This document shows positions 36,221 to 49,576 of a stretch of 64,000 nucleotides of DNA, piece after piece. Position numbers and translations under genes: made by a program. Under the pieces are notes generated by a model. It had not been told where the DNA came from. It saw nothing but the letters and a program-made list of their open reading frames with translations, and searched no databases. The DNA comes from Phyllosticta citribraziliensis (taxonomy: Eukaryota): positions 248,001-312,000 of the forward strand of contig NW_027117345.1 in assembly GCF_038025025.1 (NCBI RefSeq). Direction: 5' to 3'. Every line of letters begins with the position of its first letter. Positions within the stretch are counted from its first letter, which is position 1.

Positions 36221-39200
36221 ATGTCTCAGCAACTAGACGACGAGGCACAGGAACTGCGGCCGTTTACCCAGGATGCCGACTCTTCTGCATCGCAACGCGA
36301 TTCCTCTCCATCGCGCGCAAGGACGCGCATCATTACCGACGGCCCCGCATTTCGAAACAAGTCGCCTGGAAACTTGCAGCCTCATAATTCTTTCTTCTCC
36401 CCAACCTCGGACACAAATTCCCTGAGCCCCAATGTCGAAGATCGCGTCTTTCCCATTCGGAGTGTGGTGTCTGTGGACCCGACCCCGACTGCATCGGCCT
36501 GCCGAGATAGACAGGAGGGATACTTCTACCATTCAGCGGCACAGGCCCGAGCCAGAGATGGTCGCCGGGAATCTGTAAACAGCGCATCCTCTGCTGCTTC
36601 CGACTACCGTTCGTCGGGGAAATCACGACAGGAAGGCCAGCCGGTACCAACGACGCCCAAAATGCGAAGAGGCTTGTCCAACGAGCGGTTCGATTACAGG
36701 CAAGCACCGCAAACTTTCAACGACATTGTTTCCTCCAAAAGCGGGACCGACAGCGCCATGAATTCGGTACACTCTAGCGATATGCCAGGATCGCCCGCCC
36801 CGAGCTCCACCAGAAGTGTTGCAGAGAGCCTACCGGATCCGCCACTCGTCACAGCCCGCTTCAAGCACGTCGTCACCGAAGGAGGCCATGCCGTCATCAC
36901 TGGCAGGGGCGGCGAGATGTTGCAACGATGTGAAGACGAGCCAATCCACATACCGGGAGCCGTCCAAGGTTTCGGCGTGCTGGTTGCACTGGAAGAAGAA
37001 TCGGACGGGAAGCTCGTCGTTCGCATCGTCAGCGAGAATTCGAAAAGACTGTTGGGCTACTCGCCAGGAGCGCTGTTCGCCCTAGATAACTTTTGCGACA
37101 TTCTTTCCGAGGAACAAGCCGACAATTTGATAGATCACATTGACTTCATACGGGACGAGGATGCCGACGTCGCCACGAATGGACCAGAAGTCTTTACCCT
37201 GACCATCCGCAGTCCAGAGAAGAAGCCCCGCAAGTTTTGGTGTGCAATGCACGTCAGCCAGGCCAATCCAAACCTGGTCATCTGCGAATTCGAGCTGGAG
37301 GACGATCCAGTCAATCCGCTGGTGCCAACAAACGACGCGACGCCCGAGCTGCCCGAAGATACTCTGCAGAGCAATCCCACAGCGGAAGAGTATGCCGAAA
37401 GCACGCAAAACTTTAGTCGGCCGCTGAGGGTATTGCGCAGCGCAAGAAAGCGCAAGGGTGAAGCTGCAGCCATGGAGGTTTTCAACATCATGTCCCAAGT
37501 GCAGGAGCAGCTTGCAACGGCACCAAATCTCGAAAAGTTTCTCAAAGTGCTCGTTGGCGTCGTCAAGGAGCTGACGGGCTTTCATCGCGTCATGGTGTAC
37601 CAATTCGACACGCAATGGAACGGCCGCGTCGTGACGGAGCTCGTAGACCCTCGAGCGACGAAGGATCTTTACAAAGGACTCAACTTCCCCGCGTCCGACA
37701 TTCCAAAACAGGCACGGGAGTTGTACAAGATCAACAGGGTGCGAATGCTTTACGATCGAGATCAAGAGACTGCTCGTCTGGTCTGCCGGACCGTGGAAGA
37801 CTTGGAGACCCCACTTGACCTATCTTATTCCTACCTTCGCGCAATGTCGCCAATCCACCTCAAATACCTCAAAAACATGGCGGTTCGCTCATCCATGTCC
37901 ATTTCCATCAACGCCTTTGACGAGCTGTGGGGTTTGATTGCCTGTCACACGTACGGTCCAAAAGGCATGCGAGTCTCGTTTCCGATTCGCAAGATGTGTC
38001 GCCTGGTGGGCGATTCGGCCTCGAGGAATATTGAGCGGCTGTCGTATGCGTCGAGGTTGCAAGCGAGAAAACTGATCAACACGGTTCCGACTAGGCACAA
38101 TCCCTCTGGATACATTGTTGCATCCTCGGAAGATTTACTCAAGCTTTTCGATGCCGACTTTGGACTGTTGTCAATCAGAGACGAGACTAAGATCCTTGGC
38201 CAGTTGGAGCAGTCGCAAGAAGCGCTTGCAATGCTCGAGTACTTGCGCATGCGGAAAATCACGTCAGTCATGACTTCCCAGGACATTGCAATCGACTTTC
38301 CGGATCTTCGATATCCGCCGGGCTTCCAAGTCATTGCTGGCATGCTCGTCGTGCCGCTGTCGGTATCAGGCAATGATTTCATCGTCTTCTTCAGAAAAGG
38401 GCAGCTCAAAGAAGTCAAATGGGCAGGCAATCCCTATGAAAAGTTTGTCAAGGAAGGCACTGAAGGATATCTCGAGCCACGAAAGAGTTTCAAGACGTGG
38501 TGTGAGACGGTTGTGGGCAAATGCAGAGAATGGACCGAGGAAGAGATTGAGACGGCTGCGGTCCTCTGTCTTGTGTACGGGAAGTTTATCGAGGTCTGGC
38601 GGCAGAAAGAGGCAGCCTTGCAGAGCAGCCAGCTGACGCGACTCTTGTTGGCCAACTCTGCCCACGAAGTCCGGACGCCTTTAAATGCCATCATCAATTA
38701 CCTTGAGATTGCCCTCGAAGGCACCCTGGACCACGAAACGCGCGAAAATCTGGCCAAATCGCATTCTGCGTCCAAGTCGCTAATTTACGTCATCAATGAC
38801 CTTTTGGATCTCACCAAGACTGAGGAAGGTGGGCCACTGATCCGAGGAGAGGTTTTCGACTTGAAGGAGACTTTTGCCGAGGCGGCCGACATGTTTGCCG
38901 GCGACGCAAGGCGCAAGAAAATCTCGTACGATGTTGTGGAGCACCCCGGCGTGCCCCAGAAGGTCTTGGGCGACCAGCGCAGGGTGCGGCAGGCCATCTC
39001 TAACGTCACGGCCAATGCAATCCAAAACACATCGAGCGGGGGCGTCAAGGTGGATATGTATGCTTCTACGCAAAAACTGCTAACGGGGCGGTGGCTAATT
39101 AAGCTTACAGGTACGTGTCCAGCTGGGAGGACAATCACGTCAACGTCGAGGTAGCCGTCGCCGACACGGGCGCGGGAATGAGCAGTAAAAAGCTCGATGC

Positions 39201-40728
39201 TCTCTTCCGGGACTTGGAGCAAGTGCAGAGCGAAACGACCGAAATGCTCGAAGAAACTCTGGCTCCGAACGCCAAGAGGATCGAGGGCAACGGGGACGAA
39301 AAACGTACGCTAGGATTGGGCCTTGCCGTCGTGGCGAGAATCATCCGCAATATGAATGGTCAACTGCGCCTCAAGTCGGAAGAGGGCAAAGGCTCTCGAT
39401 TCGTCATTCAATTCCCCTTTGATATGCCGGATGGCAAAGATAAAAAGGGCCTGATGGATGCGTCTTCGATGGCGTCGCTGACTCCACAATCAGAGGGGCC
39501 TGCTCCGGGCGGCGACGGGCGCGAGCTGACGTTGGTAGACAAAGAGCATCTGCCCAAGGACACGAGCAACCCAATGCTCAGGAGAGACAGTTCAGACAGC
39601 GTCAACAGCAAGAAGAGCATGAAGAGTGTACAGAGCGCGTCGAGCGCACAAAGTGCCAAGAGCGATGTCGACAGGCTCATCGAAGCTATTCAAGAACCTC
39701 ACATGGTGGACAGCAGATCACAGTCACAAAACTCCATCGCGGGATCTCTTCCGACGCTGGACAGGTCCACTACCGGCAGTGGAATCTCTTCAAAAGCGCG
39801 GGCTAGAAGCGCGGGTGATACTGCAAGAAGGCAGCACTCACTTGGCCTCAGCCGGCCTGGTGAGTCCAACGTAACGGACTCGGGACAACCCGTCAGAGCG
39901 GTCCGCGTGGCAGACGAATTCTTTAATCGACCAGAATCCTCGGACAGCGAAAAGAGTTGCATTCTCGGCGAAGTGGATGACAATAGTCCAAAGATAGAGG
40001 CGCCGCTGAACGCAGACAATATGCGAGTCCTCGTGGCGGAAGATGATCCCGTTAACAGCAAAATCGTCAAGAAGAGGGTCGAAAAGATTGGCCACGAGGT
40101 GACGCTGACGGTCAATGGCGAGGAATGCGCTACCGTCTACGGAGAGAAGCCTGGCTATTTTGATGTCATTTTGATGGACATGCAGGTGAGTCGGCCCGAG
40201 ACACATAATTTTTGATGTTTCTAATGGTCATAGATGCCCATTGTCGACGGATTGACATCGACCAAGATGATTCGCTCTTACGAAAAGACCCATCCATCCC
40301 ATGTGCTTTCGAGACGAGCCGCGCTGAACGGCCGCATACCCATCATTGCCGTGTCGGCATCGCTTGAAGAGCGGGAACGGCAAACTTACATTGACGCCGG
40401 ATTCGACGCGTGGATTCTCAAGCCGATAGCTTTTGCGCGGCTGCAAGACCTCATGAGGGCGATTATCGACCGCGATGTGCGTGAGGCAGCGGTTTACAAG
40501 CCTGGCGAATGGGAGCGCGGTGGCTGGTTTCATCGAGCGCAACCCAGCGTTTTCCAGCCTCAGACGGAACCGAACCAAGACAAAAAGGTCTCGTCCAGTT
40601 CGCAACCTTCGGGCGCCAGGAAGGTCACGCCTGTTGCAGATACAGACGGACCTGCGGATGAATGGCCAGGCGAGGACGGCGGAGAAGGGTTCGCCAATGT
40701 TCCCCGGAGCCGAGAAAGCTGGCCGTGA
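36221..40728 (+). CDS. fphA: Fungal phytochrome, hybrid histidine kinase (NTE-PAS-GAF-PHY-HK-REC); introns 39058-39110 and 40186-40233
   Basis: RCEDEPIHIPGAVQ (biliverdin-binding Cys), HRVMVYQF, FPASDIPKQARELY, SPIHLKYLKNMAV, PRKSF (PHY tongue), AHEVRTPLNAI (H-box), DTGAG / LGLGLA / GKGSRF, receiver VLVAEDD...ILMDMQMP...KP. Confidence 0.97.
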
Positions 40729-41735
40729 TGATGTTTCCTTTGGTACGAGTCTTCCCCTTCAATTGTACGAAGCAATGATTCTGTATTCCTCTTCTCTTCC
40801 TCTCCATTACCCGTGTCCAGGTTGGACGGGTATGACCTCCAACAAAGTGGCGAGACGGCGATCGCATTCAACGGCCTCCAGAACCGACATATTTTTTCCT
40901 CCTCCAGAATCCAAGAATTGCGAGACGGCCGAGTTGGTTACTGGGTTACTGGGTTGCATGTTTTCTTTGCTTTTTATTGAGTCAATTGGTCTGGGACAGT
41001 CATGGCAAGGGGAAGGTTTGACGTCGTCACGGGTTTACGCATACGCATGTCCACCAGTGGAGTTCTGGCTCTGGATTTTCACTTCTTCATCTCTTTGGCC
41101 AGGGGCGTCGAATGCACGGAAACGAAGGGTGGTACAAGGAAGGCATGGTTGCTTCGGGTTTTTGGACCGTGAAGGGAGATGGCAGCCGAAAATGGGGCTG
41201 GCCAGGGCACGAGTCAGCGGAGTTGCGTGTGTGTGTGTGAAGACTGCAAAAGGGCATAGGGGCGGACAAATGGCATTCAGCGGTAGATGGAGCGAGAGAG
41301 AGAAAGCTCCCGGGACCCGAGAGTAATTCTGAGCGTAGAGGCAGCTGTGCAGAAACAAGACGTGCCTATTCAGCCACCGGTTGCCGTGGTCCAGAGCAGA
41401 CGGAGCGCGGGCATAGATTGCCCTCGGGAAGACGCGAAACCCCGCGCCTCTGGACGGATCTGAAGTTCCCTGGCCGCCGTTGACCGACCAATGACTTGAC
41501 GTCGATTACAGCCGTACCGTAGCACCACCTGGCCCTGAGACCCATCTCCACCAGCTCAACCTCCCACCGCTCCCATTTCCGGCCCGAGCACCTACAAAAT
41601 CCACGCCTTCGGTCCATTCGCGCCTCTCTGCCTGCTCCTCTCCAGTCGACCCTCTCTGCCTCTCTCTCGTTCTCTCTGCAGCTGCTCCCTTCCACCCCTT
41701 GCCCCAACAATTTTGCACCACCCCTCCAGGCCAAA

Positions 41736-42634
41736 ATGTCCGACATCAAGGAATTCACCTACTCCGACGTCTCGGAGCACAGCTCAAAGAAGGACCTGTA
41801 CATGGTCGTTCACGACAAGGTCTACAACTGCACCAGCTTCGTCGACGAGCACCCGTGAGTCCACTCCACCCATCCTATCTCCCCCGTCGTCCGTCTCCCT
41901 CGGCTGTTCGCCCCGGCCGTCTTGCCCGCCAACCAGCGGCCGCCTAGCCTGCTGCCTCCTTCGGCCAGCGGACCGGCGCCCACCCATACGCGCGCAATGG
42001 CTCGGGGAGGCGGCCAGGGCGATTGTTGGGACTCAATTGCTGTTTGTAAGGGCGCGCGCGCTGACATTTGCTCTCGCAGCGGTGGTGAGGAGGTCATGCT
42101 TGACGTGGGCGGCCAAGATGCCACCGAGGCCTTTGAGGACGTCGGCCACTCGGACGAGGCGCGCGAGATCCTGGACGGCCTGCTCGTCGGCAACCTGAAG
42201 AGAGTGGTACGTTTGTTTGCTCACCTACCCACCGGTTGCCTCGCACATCTCTACACACCTATCTGTTGTTGGCGCGGCGGCCTGCTGCGTCGCCGCTCTG
42301 CCGGCCGCTGAACAAGACGCCGGGACGCGGGACTTCCGAGAGCCTGCAAGTGGCATGACATGACACTGCGCGCGACGACGCCTGCCCCTCCTCAACGCCG
42401 ACCTTGAGCCTTTACATTTCTTTTTCTCGAAACCATGTACGACGGCAGCTAATGCGGCAATTGCTCCCACAGGCTGGCGACCCCGAACCCAAGGCGTCGC
42501 AGGCGCCGCAGTCGCAGAGCTCCAAGGGCGACGCGACCGGCTTTGGACTGGGCGTCTACGCACTCATCCTCGTCGGCGGCGGCCTCGCCTACTTCGCCTA
42601 CCAATACCTGCAGGCCAACTCGGACAAGCAGTAG
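41736..42634 (+). CDS. CYB5: Cytochrome b5, tail-anchored; introns 41855-42079 and 42207-42472
   Basis: HDKVY...FVDEHP/GG (heme His), [22 protein letters not shown]-terminal [23 protein letters not shown]. Confidence 0.95.
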
Positions 42635-44251
42635 GAGAGGACCGCGGGGGTGGCGGCGGGGGGAACAAACAAAGCAAGATAGCAAAAGCACGCACGCACG
42701 CACGCACGCGGCAGCGGCAGCGGCATCGAGTCTTGCGTGTCCCAACAAAAGATTCTGTGATGGCTGCTGCTGCTGCTGCCTGTCTGGTGGGATTGTTAGC
42801 GGGCCGGCTTTGGAATCCCCACCAGCATAAATCTACAGGAGCGATGATAGTTCGGCACCGGCTGCTCTGGGCATGCTGCTGCGCTGTCTGGTAAACGATG
42901 GGTCGCCCGTGGGTTCGGCCTATTCTTCTTGTTGCTTCGGCCCGCGTCGAACCTACGTACGGCGTATCCGCGCACAGCCGGACGGGATTGGAGGCGTGGG
43001 CTTGCTTGGACAGCGGCCGGCGACTTTGCCGTTTTTGGCGTTATTTTTTTCTGTCTACTACTTGTTCCCTTTTTCCTTCGCGCGCGCATCTGGTGGTGTC
43101 CAGCTGCATGCGCACACCCGATTGGGGGCGGTGGTGTTGAGAGGTCGACGGGAGGATGACGGACGGACGGGCGAGACGACTGAAAAATAAGCTGGGATGA
43201 CGGCTTGTGGCGGGTGGGAGGAGACAGTCGAGATAGGCAAGGTAGGGAAGCTATTTTCTTGGTCCTTGCCTCTCTCTCTCTACGTCGTCCTTCTCCAATC
43301 GCGGCTTGAGGTCATGGTTATGTTGATATGTCCTTTCTTTATTTTCCTTCCGTTTCTTTTCTCCGTTTTGTCACGTGGGGATGCTCCAACACTTACCCCC
43401 TGAAGAATTACACCTAGAAGAAGTACCCATCTATCTATCTACCTACCTACCTTATCTAGTAATAAACCCTTTGTTCAACCACTTTCCTCGTTGGCCCTGC
43501 TCTTTATGTCTTTTGCAAACATAGACCAATGTCTCCCCGCTTTGCCGGCCTGGAGTAGCATCTCACATCAGCGCGGCCGCCGCGCCGCTCAAAGGTAAAA
43601 AGGCTCTTGTTCCAATCCGCCTCCTCGACCACGGCTACCTACGGATCGCCGGTTCGTCAGCTCGCGAGGAGAGGAGGCACGGGACACTAGACGGCTTGGC
43701 TTGGCCTCCCTCCCTCCTGGACGGTGCAGGAGAGAGGTGGTATCCCTAGCAACGGACGGGGGTCACGACGTTTGATGTTGGAGTGTTTTGGGTTTGGGTT
43801 AGGGGATGACAGACGGGGTGATGGACGATGGACGTCATGAGCTACCTACCCGTACAGTAGGGGGCGCATTGTTGAGGTGTGATGGCTGGGCAGGCATAGG
43901 TTAGGGCGTCTATGACTGGTACCTTTGTGGGTCGTGATTTGTATAAATCGTGAGATGGTCGGTCGTGTGCATGTCACTGGTGAGGCAAGTTTTTGGTTCG
44001 CTTCTGCGTGGTTTTCACCAGTACGTGTAGAGATAGATGCAGCGAGTGCATGGGCCGCGGGAAATGTATACCCCAGCGAGGCGGCGGTCCACACCGCTTG
44101 GGTCGATCACGCCTCGAAGGAGTGGACTGCCCTGTCTGGGTTGAAGAAAGTCGCGGATCAGTGAACAAGACGTTTGAGGGTGAGAGTCCAAAGAAGACAT
44201 GACCAACAGGAGCCAAGGCCGGAAATCAGGGTCCGACGAGCCGACGCGAGG

Positions 44252-44257
44252 CCGAGG
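44252..44257 (+). promoter_or_regulatory. Candidate FarA/FarB-type fatty-acid response element CCGAGG upstream of PEX11
   Basis: CCGAGG about 350 nt upstream of the PEX11 ATG, next to a TTTATA element; matches the CCTCGG/CCGAGG core known from Aspergillus peroxisomal genes. A 6-mer can occur by chance in GC-rich DNA. Confidence 0.35.
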
Positions 44258-44602
44258 TCCATTCTTTATACGGCCGCTTGTCGTACCGTGGTGCTACTTG
44301 ATGTCCGGCGTCGCCGTCACAAGCCAAACCTACAGCATCCGCACCGTCACCCAAGCGATTCCATCATCGACGACCGCCATCGCGCGCGTCCCACGCCAAC
44401 TGCTGCTATCGCCCTCACCACCGACGCTGTCCCTTGACCTCCTGTCCCAGCGACCTGAAGCCGCCGCATCCCGACCGCTCCGCTATCTACATCTGCACAC
44501 CGCCGGCCGGCTGTTTGATCTTTGAGCTGCGCTGCTGCTCCGTTTCACATCCACCTCTTCACCTCAACCTACCGCGCGCTGTACAGCGAAGAAACCGCCA
44601 TC

Positions 44603-45496
44603 ATGGTCGCCGACGCCGTCATCTACCACCCGACCATCTCTCACTACCTCAAGTTTGTCGCGACGACGGGTGCGTCATCTCCCCCCATACCCCGCATTGG
44701 CCTCTGCAGAGAAGCTTCTTCGGGGGCTACGTACCTGCGTCATCCGCTCGCCCGTCGAGCAACACGCCCCCTCCACAGACACACGGGCTAACGGGAGGCT
44801 CTTCCAACAGTCGGCCGCGACAAGTTCCTGCGCACGCTGCAATACTTCTCGCGCTTCTACGCGTGGTACCTGTACCGCACGAACCACTCGGCGGCGGCCA
44901 TTGCGCCGTTCGACGCCGTCAAGAAGGCGTTCGGCACGACGCGCAAGATCCTGCGCCTGGGCAAGTTCGTCGAGCACTTCAAGGCCGCCGCCCTGGCCGC
45001 CGACTCCAAGGCCCTCGACCCCGTCCTCAAGTACTGCGCCGTCGGCCGCCAGCTCGGCTACGCGGGCTACATGTGCTTCGACAATGCCACTGTGCTGGAC
45101 GCCATTGGCGCGCGCAAGAGCGCGAGCATCAAGAGCATCCAGGAGAGCGCGTACAAGGCGTGGATGGCGGGCTTGCTGTGCAACGTCGTCGCGGGCGTGT
45201 ATAGCCTCGTGCAGCTGAGGCAGAGGGGCGGCGCCGTTGACGAGAAGGAGGCCGAGAGCGTGGTCGAGAAGAAGAAGATTGAGAGGTTAGTGTGGGTCGA
45301 TGGTTTGCGGTGTTGAGACTAACGTGCGTGCAGAGAGGCCAATGCTGCAAAGATCCAGCTCGTCTCCGATCTTTGCGACCTGACGGTTCCCGTGTCGGCG
45401 CTTGGTTACGCCACCCTGGACGATGGCATCGTCGGTATTGCTGGTACCGTCAGTTCGCTGCTCGGCCTGTACACGGTGTGGAAGAAGACGGCTTGA
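44603..45496 (+). CDS. PEX11: Peroxisomal biogenesis factor Pex11; introns 44670-44810 and 45286-45333
   Basis: MVADAVIYHPTISHYLKFVATT/VGRDKFLRTLQYFSRF...RKILRLGKFVEH...IQLVSDLCD...DDGIVGIAGTVSSLLG...WKKTA*. Confidence 0.95.
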
Positions 45497-46649
45497 TGCG
45501 GGGGCTGTGTGCCGGGTGAGCAGTTGAAGGAAAGGTAAGTCGAGTTTTGCGGAGGTGAGGAAATTCATTGCAGTTTTACGGAGGAATCTTTTTTTGCGAC
45601 GTTGTTGTTCTATTTACCCGAGAAGGATTCAGAATGACAGGTGTGTCAGTTTGTCTTTCGTGTACCTTTTTTTCTTCTCTCTCGGTCGAGGCGCCCCCTT
45701 ACCAGCCGCTCTTCTGTTTGTGTGTGTTGATATGTAGGTAATGACGACGGCTTGCTTGGACGAGGCAACGAGACGACGCACGCCGACAGACAGACAGCTA
45801 GGAGTCAGTGACCAATGTCATGGCGCTGGGACGGGCGTCCAGTGTTGCAACGACGGTTCCTGTCAGCTCCAAGTCGAAACTAAACGGCTGGCGGAACAGA
45901 GGCATGGTTTCACGCTTGTCAAAGTGCAGCAGTTTCCCCCCAGGGCTGAGGCACAGGTTGCGTCTGACAGAGAGCGTGCAGCGGTCTGGACGTCGACGGC
46001 CTGGCGTTGCATCGAGTCTATCTACATGGATGTCAGGTGTACAGGACACGCCGCTTCAGCCTCGTCTGGCGTGCACATTTCGCTTATCATGGCCGATCAG
46101 AGCAGAATTGTGGACAGAGTCGATTAAACTTTGGCGGCTGACTCGCACGCGTCGTCAGCAGGGCGATAGAGGCAGCGGGTGTTATTTGACAGCGACGAGG
46201 AGAGGCAAAGGCAGAGCTGACCGACCTGGGATGAAGATGAAGCTTTTACCAAGCACCGCGGGCCCGGTTGCGGCGGCACGGCCAGGGCGACCCCCCCAGC
46301 GTGGCACTAAGCATATCAATCTTCAACCTCTGGCCAATCATCCTCTGCCTTGGCACCACGAGCTCATGACGGGATGACGGACTCCTTCACCTGCCCCATT
46401 TGGGTCCAGCAGTACAGCCATGTAACCTAACCTCGATCGGCCGCCTTTTCTCGCTGCTGCGGTGCTGCTCGCCAGCTCTGTTCCCTCTTGGCCTTGTTCC
46501 CTCCCTCTTCGTCGCCGTGGACCAACTCGATGAATTGAAACTGTCGACCGCAAGTTTACACCTCTGACGTCTGTCTCTGCGGCTCGGCTCGAAACACCCC
46601 CAGTGTTAGGTTGGTTTACCCTCTGCCCCGCGCGCGCTCTGCCTGCGAC

Positions 46650-48354
46650 ATGCACTCGGTCGACGCGCCCAAGGACCTGCACGGCGCCGCGGCAGAGGTC
46701 GAAGCCTCGTCGTCGCCGTCGCCGCCGCCTCAGCACCACCACAGCTATGAGGACACGGACAAGAATCGCTGGGACCGCCTGTGGCCCGTCATTGCGTGCG
46801 GCGCAGGGCTGTTTTCTGACGGGTACCTGAACAACGTACGAAAACCAACATCTCGATGATTCATGGAGGACAGGCTCGCTCACTGACGGCGCGCAGGTCA
46901 TTGGCTCCGTCAACACGATGCTCAAGCGCATCTACCCCAACGAGTACGCCAACAGCAGCGCGCAGAGCAACGTCAGCAGCATCACGTTTGCCGGGACCGT
47001 CGTCGGCATGCTGTTCTTTGGCTACACGTCGGACCGCTACTCGCGCAAGTGGTCGCTGTTTGCGTCGACCGTCATCATCATCGTCTTTGCCGCGCTGGGC
47101 GCTGGATCCTATGGCGCGGGCGGCAGCGTGTCCGGCCTCTTTGCTGCCCTCACGGCGTACCGCTTCTTCCTGGGCATTGGCATTGGCGGCGAGTATCCTG
47201 CTGGGAGCGTGGGATGTGCGGAGGGCACGAGCGAGTTGAAGAGTGGCACGCGCAATCGCTGGTTCATCATGTTTAGCAACGTCATGATTGACTTTGCGTT
47301 TCTGGTGTCGTCGATTGTGCCCGTCATTGTGGTACGTCTAATTCCTCTCTCTCTATCTCTCTCTCTCTAAACGACCCCCATTGACACCGCCCAGGTCATT
47401 GCAACCGGCGAGTCCCACCTCCGCGCCGCCTGGCGCATCTGCCTGGGCATCGGCGTCATCCCGCCCCTCAGCCTCCTGTGGCTGCGCATCAAGCTGCAAG
47501 AGCCCGAAGCCTACAAGCGCGAATCGATGCGCGACGCGCCCATCCCGTACGTGCTGGCCATCAAGTACTACTGGTTCCGACTCTCGGCCATCAGCGTCAT
47601 CTGGTTCATCTACGACTTCTCGGCCTACGCCTTCGGCATCTACAGCACGACCATCCTGGCCAACCTGCTAGGCGACGACGCGGCGCTGTGGAAGAGCTTC
47701 GCCTGGAACATCCTCATCAACTTCTTCTACCTGCCCGGCGCCGTGCTGGGCAGCTTCCTGGCCGATGTCCCTGCCCTCGGCCCCAAGAAGACGCTCGTCA
47801 TCGGCGTCTGCGCGCAGGCCGTCGTCGGCTTCGTCATGGCCGGCGCCTACTCGAAGCTCGAACAGCCCGCCAACATCGCCGGCTTCTGCGTCGTCTACGG
47901 CATCTTCCTGTCGCTGGGCGAAATGGGGCCGGGCGACAACATCGGATTGCTCGCCAGCAAGACCAGCGCCACGGCCGTGCGCGGCCAGTACTACGGGCTC
48001 GCGGCGGCCATTGGCAAAATCGGCGCCTTCGTCGGCACGTGGGTGTTCCCCGTGATCCAGGCCAACGCGCCGAACGAGACGGCGTCGGGCCAGGACCCTT
48101 TTTGGGTTGCCAGCAGCTTGGCGCTGCTGAGTGGGGCTATCGCGTGGTGGTGTCTGCCGGCCGTCGGCCAGGATGATGTCGTCGAGGAGGACGCGCGGTT
48201 TAGGGCGTATCTGGAGGGGTGTGGGTACGATACGAGTCGGATGGGTTTGCGGAAGGAGGGGGCGGTTGAGGGGGAGGTGGAGAGGGGGAGGGGCGCGTCG
48301 AGCAGTGTGGGGAGTGAGGGCGGTGGGGTGGGCATGGAGGCGGCGAAGGCGTAG
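46650..48354 (+). CDS. GIT1: MFS glycerophosphodiester (glycerophosphoinositol/choline) permease, Git1-like; two introns
   Basis: ACGAGLFSDGYLNN/VIG, FGYTSDRYSRK, YRFFLGIGIGGEYPAGSV, WFIYDF, GEMGPGDNIGLLASK..ATAVRGQYYG, EEDARFRAYLE..GYDTS. Confidence 0.85.
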
Positions 48355-49547
48355 CCGTAGGCTGTGAATGAGGGAGTGAGGTATAGCAGAGCAGCTACGA
48401 AGAGCGAACAAGCGAGGAAGTGCACGGATCGACCTAGCATTTCTTTCTGGCAACGGAGCCAGAAAGAAGAGCACCGGTTACGGACGCATACATAGAGCGC
48501 GTGCATAGAGTACCTACAGTAGGCCGACACCATCTTGCCATCTTGCCCTTTCCTCATCTGTCGTCCATGTGATATAGATGCCATGTACACGTATGCATGG
48601 GGTAGGGAGGGAGTGAGTGAGTGAGTGAATAGGAGAGAAGGATATTATTCGTCATGTTCCCATCTGGCCGTCTATCCATCCATCCATGTACGTATCCATC
48701 GAGCGTCGTCGTCGTCGAACCGTCCGTCCTCATCTATTCGACCCATCGCAGGTCTCCCCGCGCCGGAATGCGTGGGAGACAAGAGATTTGGGGGGATAGT
48801 GTATGCAGATATGGGGAGGAGTGTACAAACATCAAAAAAAAGGGCGAGGAAGAAGTAAGCAGGGAGGGATTGGAAGTCTTGCAGATTTCATTCTTTACAT
48901 AATAAATGGACGACGCATTGTCGATGGGTGGATGGATGTATAGGTACCTACATGTAGGTAAGGTTTATAGGTACTGTAGGCTGGACATGGGACTAATAAG
49001 CAGGTAGGAGGTCAGATAGAGCAAGCAGGCTGGTTGATCCTTTCCCTGGGTGCCATATCGTACGTACGTGCCCTGCCTACATGTACCTACCGATTTTCTT
49101 CGCATCGTGGGCGTCAGTGGTCAGTGATTGATGTTTGGAATTACTACATGGCACCTTACTCCCACTTCTCCAACAACCCCCGTCACGACGCTAATATGAT
49201 GCTATTACGTCGCCTGCTGCCTCACCGGTCAGCCACTCACTCACTCGCCCACTCGCTCAACTCATCAATCGGTCGGCACAGCGCCATACTTCCCTGACCG
49301 AGCTGCCAAAACAAGGCGAATTAATTGCATCCGAGACTTTTCCTTCCCGTTTCGTTTCTCTCTTCTTTGCTAGATAGTTGTATGTGGGTAGGGTGGGTAG
49401 AGCAGAGCACACGCGACATCCTTCCGCATGCGGCAGGTGGAGAGCGAGCGAGCGAGCGAGGGGCAAGGAGGGGCACACGCACACTTACCGCACGCACACA
49501 CGCGGCACGGACGGCGGCACGGGTAGGGCGAACTCTAATTCCTCGTG

Positions 49548-49576
49548 TTTTTTTTTTTTTTTTTTTTTTTTTTTTT
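49548..49576. repeat. Poly(T) homopolymer (29 nt)
   Basis: Read directly. Confidence 0.95.

Noticed and set aside
46420..46540. Minimal uORFs (ATG-TAA, ATG-AAT-TGA) upstream of GIT1
   Set aside because: The TSS is unknown and such short ORFs are expected by chance.
14200..48354. PMA1, SurE phosphatase and GIT1 as a phosphate-scavenging cluster
   Set aside because: The genes are far apart, separated by unrelated housekeeping genes, and I saw no CACGTG (Pho4/NUC-1-type) sites directly upstream of SurE or GIT1.
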